32,000 nucleotides of DNA. Origin: Crocosphaera subtropica ATCC 51142. Lineage in GTDB: Bacteria > Cyanobacteriota > Cyanobacteriia > Cyanobacteriales > Microcystaceae. Location of the stretch: the NCBI RefSeq assembly GCF_000017845.1, contig NC_010546.1, positions 2,250,001 to 2,282,000 on the forward strand. The letters are read 5' to 3'. Within the stretch, counting starts at the first letter, position 1; every line of letters begins with the position of its first letter. Under the pieces are notes generated by a model that was given only the letters and a program-made list of their open reading frames with translations, had not been told where the DNA came from and made no database searches. A program made the position numbers and the translations under genes. Below are positions 25,390-32,000 of this stretch, one piece after another.

Positions 25390-27297
25390 CTATATTAATG
25401 TGATGCCTTGATTGACGGTTAATAGAGTCCGTCGTTGTAAACCTTCCTTTTCCAGAATAGCATTAGCAGCCAATAACCCACTACTAACAGCCCTTTCCAT
25501 TAAACCACAGGGAAACGGCATTTTAACCCAGTCTCCGGCAAAGAATAAATTATCAATTTCTGTAACGGTTTCTGGACGATTTTTATGACTATTGGGAGGA
25601 TAACCAGAGAAGTTCTTTTGATTAACTAATTCTTTGTGTAATAAGGTTGCTTGGGATAGTTTGGGGACAATTGTATATAATTCTTCTTCAAAGGTTTGTA
25701 ATAAAATTTCTTGAGTCGGAAAGTCCTTTTCTTTGTAACAGTATGCGTGTAATTCGACCACACTTCCCCCTGTTTTTTTTGCCCAGTCAATAAATTGGTT
25801 TTGAATACGATGATATAGAGTAATACTATCAGTGAGTTTGTAACCCGAAAGAGAGGTAAAATTACTATATTCCCAATCAAAATCTTGATCAAACCAAAAC
25901 CGAGCCACTGCAAAGGGATCGGCGATCGCTAATTGTTCAATTTTTTGTGTCAAAGTCTCATTATTGTCTCCTTCTATTCTTGTCCATAACTGTTTGATTC
26001 CTGGCACATCGGTAGCCATAACATAATAATCTGCTTGTAGGGTTTCAAAATTGTTATTTTCTGAAACATTTTTACGAACTAAATCAACAGAATCATCATC
26101 TTTTCTAACAATTTGATAATGGGATAAATCTTGTTTGGCTGGACCTTTGCTCACCTTTCCGTTGTTGTCATAAACTGCACCATGACAGGGACATAGAAAT
26201 GTTCCATTTTCTTGTTTCTTTACCGTACACCCTTGATGCGTACAGCGTAAACTAATTACTTTTTCATCTGTCTCTAAAAATAAGCGATCGCCAGTACCAT
26301 AATAACTGTTTTTTTGATCACTTAAAATAGTATTTTTTCCCACTTTAAAAGGAACATTAATGATTTCATTCCCTTGTTGATAGTTCATCGATGTGATCTT
26401 ATTTTGCTGACAAATAATATGACTAATATGGACTTCTGTTATCACCTTCCCATTGTTGTTTTGAATAGCAGCAACCAAAGGATTAACTAAACTGGTTCCC
26501 ATATCATCTTTTGTGCCATTAAAAGCTAATCCTTCTGGGTTACCAAAGAAATAGAAATGAAAAAATTGTAATAATTCCCCTGCACTTAAAACATCAGGAG
26601 CATTGAGTGTTGAACGAGCAAAAGGGAGAAAATATAAATCATAAAGTCCTTGGGGAAACCCTATTTTTGACCAGTCAATTACCGAGAGATGATCTAAGCG
26701 TTGAAAACTATCAGGAATTTTAAACCCTGTAATCTCTTTAAATACCTGCCAATGGGACAATTTAGTAATATTAATTCCCCAGTTTAAACGATTGTCTGAC
26801 CAAACAGCGAGATCCATAATATTCCAAGGGAAAGCAGAATGACTCGGATAAAAATTTTCAGGTTGATAATTGTATTTATTATCAGCAAAAAGAACAGAAT
26901 AGAATTCTAGAGATCGAAAATTATTTTCAATATTTAATTCAGATACAATTTTTTTGAGATTATAATATTGAGGAAAAAAGCCATGAAACCCATGTTCCAT
27001 TTTGAAACTATCGGAACCAACCTTAATCATCCAACTGGCAATTTTTCCCCCTAAATTAGTTGATTTTTCCAGTAACGTTACCGCAAAACCTCGTTTACTT
27101 AATTCATAAGCACAAGCTAAACCAGCCAAACCACCACCCATAATAACAACAGATTTAGGCTTAGATAAACGGTAAGGCAACGTTAAACTATCTTGTTGAT
27201 AAAAAGAAGGAGATGGCTTTTTAAATCGGGAATAAGTTATTAAACCCACTAAACTACCAACTCCGAAAATTTTGAAAAAAGTACGACGAGAAACCAT
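25390..27297 (-). CDS. twin-arginine-signal FAD-dependent oxidoreductase (amine-oxidase/phytoene-desaturase fold) with an embedded Rieske [2Fe-2S] domain
   Basis: 635 aa. The N-terminus MVSRRTFFKIFGVGSLVGLI matches the Tat consensus S-R-R-x-F-x-K plus an h-region. The dinucleotide fold is VVIMGGGLAGLACAYELSKRGFAVTLLEKSTNLGGK. The Rieske ligands are LRCTHQGCTV ... FLCPCHGAVYD. C-terminal LFFAGDW is typical of the flavin amine-oxidase fold. Confidence 0.85.
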   Translation of the reverse strand: MVSRRTFFKIFGVGSLVGLITYSRFKKPSPSFYQQDSLTLPYRLSKPKSVVIMGGGLAGLACAYELSKRGFAVTLLEKSTNLGGKIASWMIKVGSDSFKMEHGFHGFFPQYYNLKKIVSELNIENNFRSLEFYSVLFADNKYNYQPENFYPSHSAFPWNIMDLAVWSDNRLNWGINITKLSHWQVFKEITGFKIPDSFQRLDHLSVIDWSKIGFPQGLYDLYFLPFARSTLNAPDVLSAGELLQFFHFYFFGNPEGLAFNGTKDDMGTSLVNPLVAAIQNNNGKVITEVHISHIICQQNKITSMNYQQGNEIINVPFKVGKNTILSDQKNSYYGTGDRLFLETDEKVISLRCTHQGCTVKKQENGTFLCPCHGAVYDNNGKVSKGPAKQDLSHYQIVRKDDDSVDLVRKNVSENNNFETLQADYYVMATDVPGIKQLWTRIEGDNNETLTQKIEQLAIADPFAVARFWFDQDFDWEYSNFTSLSGYKLTDSITLYHRIQNQFIDWAKKTGGSVVELHAYCYKEKDFPTQEILLQTFEEELYTIVPKLSQATLLHKELVNQKNFSGYPPNSHKNRPETVTEIDNLFFAGDWVKMPFPCGLMERAVSSGLLAANAILEKEGLQRRTLLTVNQGITLI

Positions 27298-27302
27298 AAA
27301 AC

Positions 27303-27330
27303 AATTATCAGTTATCAGTTATCAATTATT
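27303..27330. repeat. STRR-like heptanucleotide tandem repeat (AATTATC AGTTATC AGTTATC AATTATT)
   Basis: Read directly. It fills almost the whole 28-bp spacer between the trmD stop (27326-27328, which lies inside the last unit) and the start of the Rieske/FAD gene (27297). Confidence 0.8.
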
Positions 27331-28054
27331 CAGCTTGTTCGTGCTTTCTGTCTTCTATCTTCTGCTTCCTCCTTTCTTCAAATTTTTCCCAAAGATCAGG
27401 GCGACGTTGTTGAGTTCTTTGAATTTGTTGTTCTTTGCGCCATTGAGCAATTAATTGATGATTTCCTGAGCGTAAAACTTCAGGAATTTGCCAATCTTGA
27501 AAAACAGCAGGACGAGTATATTGGGGATAATCGAGTAGGCCATCTTCAAAACTTTCTGCTTTTAACGATTCTACTTTTCCCACCGTTCCAGGTAACAACC
27601 GGACCACCCCATTAATTAAAGCTAATGCCGGAATTTCTCCGCAAGTTAAAATAAAATCCCCTAGAGAAATTTCTCGATCTGCTAAATAACGAATTCGTTC
27701 GTCAACCCCTTCGTAATGACCGCAAATCAAGATCAATTGTTGATAATTAGTGGACAAATCTTGTAAAGTAGTTTGGGTTAATGGAGAACCTTGTGGGGTT
27801 AACAGAATAACTTGTGTACTCGGTAACCGATGAACAGAGTTAACCGCAGCAAAGATCGGTTCCGGTTTGAGGACCATACCCACCCCACCCCCATAGGGAA
27901 TATCATCCACCCGATGATGTTTATCTAGAGCAAAATCACGGGGGTTAATTAAGTTAACCGTGGCAATGTGATTCGCTAAAGCCTTACCCAGTAGGCCAGA
28001 CTGTAACCCAGATGTAAAGAAATCAGGAAATAATGTAATGACATCAATATTCAC
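27326..28054 (-). CDS. trmD: tRNA (guanine37-N1)-methyltransferase
   Basis: 242 aa with a GTG start. It contains IDVITLFPDFF, DDIPYGGGVGMVLKPEP, ICGHYEGVDERI and LSGNH-type SGNHQLIAQWR motifs. There is a basic/acidic C-terminal tail. Confidence 0.95.
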   Translation of the reverse strand: MNIDVITLFPDFFTSGLQSGLLGKALANHIATVNLINPRDFALDKHHRVDDIPYGGGVGMVLKPEPIFAAVNSVHRLPSTQVILLTPQGSPLTQTTLQDLSTNYQQLILICGHYEGVDERIRYLADREISLGDFILTCGEIPALALINGVVRLLPGTVGKVESLKAESFEDGLLDYPQYTRPAVFQDWQIPEVLRSGNHQLIAQWRKEQQIQRTQQRRPDLWEKFEERRKQKIEDRKHEQAE

Positions 28055-28248
28055 AGGTTATCCTAATAAAGTTCCAAAAATAATATTAATTTTACTGTTC
28101 AGAGCCTAGTGTAGCTTAGAATAGATTAGAGAAACGGGGCCAAGAATTGAGTAAGTACCAAGGCTTGAAGTTGGCATATTCTGCTCTTATCCCTATTATG
28201 ACTAACTAACCGACCGTACCGAACCTTCTTTGGCTGAAAGATAAGATT

Positions 28249-29112
28249 ATGTTGCAATTAGAGACTCAATCCCAACCAAGCCCCATGTCCCAACCAACTA
28301 CCACCGCCATTTTAGTCATTGGTGGCGCAGAAGACAAAGTGCATGGTAAAGAAATCCTGCACACCTTTTGGTTTCGTTCCGGTGGCACCGATGCCACCAT
28401 CGGCATTATTCCTTCAGCTTCAAGAGAACCGGTCTTGATCGGTGAAAGGTACCAAAGTATCTTTGAAGAAATGGGAGCCAAATATGTCAAAGTTCTAGAT
28501 ATCCGCGATCGCGACCAAGGGAATGACTCCTACTTTAAAGAGTATGTCGAAGAATGTACCGGGATGTTCATGACAGGAGGGGATCAACTAAGATTGTGCG
28601 GACTGTTGGCCGATACGCCCTTAATGGAAAGGATACGGCAACGGGTACAACTTGGTGAAATCTCCCTAGCCGGAACCAGTGCAGGGGCTGCTGTGATGGG
28701 ACATCACATGATTGCTGGTGGCAGTAGTGGTGAATCTCCCAACCGTGCCTTAGTGGATATGGCCATGGGATTGGGAATCATTCCTGAGATTATTGTGGAT
28801 CAGCACTTCCATAACCGCAACCGTATGGCCCGTTTGCTCAGTGCTTTATCGACCCATCCTGAAAGATTAGGGATCGGTATTGATGAAGATACCTGTGCTA
28901 TGTTTGAACGGGATGGTCTTATCCGTGTCGTTGGTAAAGGGACTGTCACTATCGTCGATGGTCGAGATATGACCTATACCAACCAAGCAGAAATTGCGGC
29001 CGCCGATCCCCTCAGTCTCCACAATCTCAAACTTAATATCCTATCCCATGGTGATTGCTATCATCTGCACCAACATGAATGTATTGCCAAAATTAGTAAC
29101 CCAATACAGTAA
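28249..29112 (+). CDS. cphB: cyanophycinase (peptidase S51)
   Basis: 287 aa. It contains VIGGAEDK, MTGGDQLRL, the nucleophile context LAGTSAGAAVMG and VDQHFHNRNRMARL. It lies immediately upstream of cphA. Confidence 0.93.
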   Translation: MLQLETQSQPSPMSQPTTTAILVIGGAEDKVHGKEILHTFWFRSGGTDATIGIIPSASREPVLIGERYQSIFEEMGAKYVKVLDIRDRDQGNDSYFKEYVEECTGMFMTGGDQLRLCGLLADTPLMERIRQRVQLGEISLAGTSAGAAVMGHHMIAGGSSGESPNRALVDMAMGLGIIPEIIVDQHFHNRNRMARLLSALSTHPERLGIGIDEDTCAMFERDGLIRVVGKGTVTIVDGRDMTYTNQAEIAAADPLSLHNLKLNILSHGDCYHLHQHECIAKISNPIQ

Positions 29113-29126
29113 ACGAATATAAAAAA

Positions 29127-29177
29127 CTGTTCACCCTGAACAGATATTAACCCTAATGAAGCGACAAGATCATTAGG
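29127..29177 (+). other. two stem-loops in the cphB-cphA spacer
   Basis: The first is CTGTTC-accct-GAACAG (29127-29143), preceded by AAAAAA. The second is CCTAATGA-agcgacaaga-TCATTAGG (29152-29177, perfect 8 bp). Neither is followed by a plus-strand T-tract. Confidence 0.5.
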
Positions 29178-29225
29178 ATATGGCTTCTGTGTCCTTCCAA
29201 GTGCGAATCTCAAGAAACGGCGAGT

Positions 29226-31844
29226 ATGAAAATATTAAAAACCCTGACCCTACGCGGCCCCAACTACTGGAGTATTAGGCGCAAGAAATTGATTGTCATG
29301 CGCCTAGACTTGGAGGATCTCGCAGACAAACCCTCAAACGAAATTCCTGGCTTTTATGATGGCTTAGTGGAAGTACTTCCTAGCCTAGTAGAGCATTACT
29401 GTTCCCCTGGTCATCGGGGTGGCTTCTTAGAACGAGTCAAAGAAGGCACTTATATGGGGCATATTGTGGAACACGTTGCCCTAGAATTACAAGAATTAAC
29501 CAAAATGCCCGTGGGGTTTGGTCGCACCAGAGAAACCGCCACCCCAGGGATCTATAATGTGGTTTTTGAATATGTGGATGAACAAGCCGGCCGTTATGCA
29601 GGAAGGGCAGCTGTTCGTCTTTGTCGGTCGATTGTCGATACAGGAACTTATCCCCTCAAAGAACTAGAACAGGATCTTAGCGATTTACAGGATTTACAGG
29701 CCAATGCTTCTTTAGGTCCTTCGACCCAAACTCTGGTTACCGAAGCAGAAGCGAGAAATATTCCTTGGATGGCTTTGAGTGCTAGAGCGATGGTACAGCT
29801 AGGGTACGGAGTCCATCAAAAACGGATTCAAGCTACCTTGAGCAACTATTCTGGCATTTTAGCGGTGGAATTAGCCTGTGATAAAGAAGGAACCAAAACC
29901 ATCCTTCAAGATGCCGGGGTTCCCGTTCCCAGAGGCACCACCATCCAATTTTTTGAAGAATTAGAAAGTGCCATCGACGATGTGGGAGGCTATCCCATCG
30001 TCATTAAACCCCTCGACGGCAATCATGGCCGAGGTATCACCATCGATATCAATAGTTGGAAAGAAGCAGAAGAAGCCTACGATCTCGCCTCAGAAGAGTC
30101 AAAAACCCGTACCGTCATTGTGGAACGGTTCTACAAAGGAAGTGATCACCGTCTTCTGGTGATTAACGGAAAATTGGTGGCCGTGGCCGAGAGGGTTCCG
30201 GCTCATGTGATAGGAGATGATAAACATACCATCGAAGAACTCATCGACATCACTAACGAAGACCCTAGACGGGGAGAAGGTCATGATAACGTTTTAACCC
30301 GAATTAAAGTGGATAAGACAGTGTTAGGAATGCTCGATAAGCAAGGGTTACGCCTTGACAGCATTCTTGACAAAGGGGAGATCGTCTATTTACGAGCAAC
30401 AGCAAACCTTAGCACCGGGGGAAGTGCTATCGATCGCACCGACGATATTCACCCCGAAAACCTCTGGATGGCCGAACGGGTGGCTAAAATTATTGGCCTT
30501 GACATAATGGGTATCGATGTGGTGACACCCGATATTACCAAACCCCTCCGAGACGTGGATGGGGTGATCGTTGAGGTCAACGCAGCCCCAGGGTTTCGGA
30601 TGCACGTCGCCCCCTCTCAAGGGTTATCCCGTAACGTGGCTGCGCCGGTGATGGATATGCTCTTTCCCCCAGAAAGTCCCAGTCGCGTCCCCATCGTCGC
30701 CATTACCGGTACCAATGGGAAGACAACGACCACCCGCTTAACTGCCCATATTTATCGTCAAACGGGGAAAGTGGTGGGTTACACCAGTACGGACGGGGTT
30801 TATATTGGGGAATATTTAGTGGAAAAAGGAGACAATACCGGGCCCTTTAGTGCCGGGATGATCCTCAAAGATCCCACCGTGGAAGTGGCCGTATTAGAAA
30901 GTGCAAGAGGAGGCATTTTGCGATCGGGTCTGGCCTTTGATACCTGTGATGTGGGTATTGTCCTCAACGTGGCCGCTGATCACCTGGGGTTAGGAGACAT
31001 TAATACCATCGAACAAATGGCCAGGGTGAAAGGGGTGGTCGCAGAAGTGGTTCACGCCGATGGTTACGCAGTGCTTAACGCCGATGATCCCCTGGTGGCT
31101 GCTATGGCTGAACAGGTCAAAGGAAAAGTGGCTTACTTTTCGATGAACCCTGATAACGAAATCATCCACAACCATACCCGACGAGATGGCATGGCTGCCG
31201 TCTACGAAAACGGTTATATTTCTATCTTAGAAGGACAATTTACCCTGAGAATTGAAGAAGCAGTTAATGTCCCGATGACGATGGGGGGAATGGCTCCGTT
31301 TATGATCGCCAACGCCTTAGCTGCTTGTTTGGCCGCCTTCTGTCAAGGGGTCGATATCGAAGACATTCGCCAAGGGGTGAGAACTTTTAAAGCCTCTGCC
31401 AATCAAACCCCAGGGCGGATGAATCTCTTTAATTTAGGGGATTATCACGCTTTGGTCGATTACGCTCATAACCCCGCCGGTTACGAAGCCGTTGGGGAGT
31501 TTGTGAAGAACTGGAAAGGACAACGGTTAGGAGTTGTCGGTGGACCCGGCGATCGCAGGGATGAAGATTTGATTCTGCTTGGTAAAATTGCTGCCAGGGT
31601 GTTTGATCGCATCCTTGTTAAAGAAGATGACGACAAACGTGGACGGGCCCGAGGAGAAGCTGCTGATTTAATTATTGACGGCATTCTCAGCGAAAATGAT
31701 AAAGCAGACTACGAAGCCATTTTAGATGAGACAGAAGCTATCGAATACGGCTTAGATAAGGTGGATAAAGGAGGGTTAGTGGTGATTTTCCCCGAAAGCG
31801 TTACTCGGGCCATTTCACTCATTAATCGACGTAACCCCATCTAA
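29226..31844 (+). CDS. cphA: cyanophycin synthetase
   Basis: 872 aa. The conserved N-terminus is MKILKTLTLRGPNYWSIRR. The ATP-grasp segment is PIVIKPLDGNHGRGIT. The Mur-ligase-type P-loop is AITGTNGKTTTTRL, and C-terminal DYAHNPAGY is present. Confidence 0.97.
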   Translation: MKILKTLTLRGPNYWSIRRKKLIVMRLDLEDLADKPSNEIPGFYDGLVEVLPSLVEHYCSPGHRGGFLERVKEGTYMGHIVEHVALELQELTKMPVGFGRTRETATPGIYNVVFEYVDEQAGRYAGRAAVRLCRSIVDTGTYPLKELEQDLSDLQDLQANASLGPSTQTLVTEAEARNIPWMALSARAMVQLGYGVHQKRIQATLSNYSGILAVELACDKEGTKTILQDAGVPVPRGTTIQFFEELESAIDDVGGYPIVIKPLDGNHGRGITIDINSWKEAEEAYDLASEESKTRTVIVERFYKGSDHRLLVINGKLVAVAERVPAHVIGDDKHTIEELIDITNEDPRRGEGHDNVLTRIKVDKTVLGMLDKQGLRLDSILDKGEIVYLRATANLSTGGSAIDRTDDIHPENLWMAERVAKIIGLDIMGIDVVTPDITKPLRDVDGVIVEVNAAPGFRMHVAPSQGLSRNVAAPVMDMLFPPESPSRVPIVAITGTNGKTTTTRLTAHIYRQTGKVVGYTSTDGVYIGEYLVEKGDNTGPFSAGMILKDPTVEVAVLESARGGILRSGLAFDTCDVGIVLNVAADHLGLGDINTIEQMARVKGVVAEVVHADGYAVLNADDPLVAAMAEQVKGKVAYFSMNPDNEIIHNHTRRDGMAAVYENGYISILEGQFTLRIEEAVNVPMTMGGMAPFMIANALAACLAAFCQGVDIEDIRQGVRTFKASANQTPGRMNLFNLGDYHALVDYAHNPAGYEAVGEFVKNWKGQRLGVVGGPGDRRDEDLILLGKIAARVFDRILVKEDDDKRGRARGEAADLIIDGILSENDKADYEAILDETEAIEYGLDKVDKGGLVVIFPESVTRAISLINRRNPI

Positions 31845-31871
31845 ACAATAAACTAAACATCATCATCATCG

Positions 31872-31910
31872 GGAAGTGGGATCAGCGATCGCACTTCCTC
31901 TAATTTTGTC
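31872..31910 (+). terminator. terminator candidate after cphA, with a HIP1 site in the loop
   Basis: The stem is GGAAGTG (31872-31878) / CACTTCC (31892-31898). The loop contains GCGATCGC. It is followed by TCTAATTTTGTC and lies about 28 nt after the stop. Confidence 0.55.
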
Positions 31911-32000
31911 TAATATTGAGCTTATTGATAAGTAAACATTATTAAATAATCGATAATAGTTTTAAGATTCAATATATCAAGGATCGATAACATTGATAAT

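Noticed and set aside
28111-28124. NtcA-like site GTA-N8-TAG upstream of cphB
   Set aside because: It deviates from GTA-N8-TAC at a critical position, and I could not find a properly spaced -10 box. It is not reported as a feature.
1-32000. Search for CRISPR arrays, tRNA/rRNA genes, transposases, integrases, toxin-antitoxin pairs or known defence genes
   Set aside because: I saw no spaced direct-repeat arrays, no tRNA T-arm/acceptor patterns and no ORFs with transposase, integrase or nuclease hallmarks. The window appears to be a non-mobile core region.

Overview
This window looks like core chromosome of a unicellular cyanobacterium. I infer this from 14 perfect HIP1 octamers (GCGATCGC), the ndhA-ndhI-ndhG-ndhE operon, a cphB-cphA cyanophycin pair, a high-light-inducible protein gene and carotenoid enzymes. 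The gene content resembles Cyanothece, Crocosphaera or Rippkaea, but species cannot be determined without a search. I support 28 protein-coding genes. One of them, a 47-aa Hlip gene on the minus strand at 2431-2574, is absent from the supplied ORF track; the 112-aa plus-strand ORF listed there is its antisense shadow. I found no rRNA, tRNA, CRISPR array, transposase, integrase, phage gene or recognisable defence gene. I do not see a convincing multi-gene novel system, and most of the window is housekeeping. The best leads are: (1) a 635-aa protein combining a twin-arginine signal, an FAD amine-oxidase/phytoene-desaturase fold and an embedded Rieske 2Fe-2S domain, whose function appears unsettled; (2) an orphan roughly 1500-aa CheB-CheR-PAS-histidine kinase-receiver fusion sitting below an 878-bp AT-rich non-coding region that carries helical-phase direct repeats and an orphan plus-strand terminator; (3) the hli locus, with an HLR1-like (RpaB-type) element and a possible divergent small RNA; (4) a divergent 732-aa phosphoketolase-like ThDP enzyme; (5) STRR-like heptanucleotide tandem repeats that fill very short gene spacers and even form the C-terminal tail of a GNAT ORF. 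All homology calls rest on motif recognition by eye. No database search was run.
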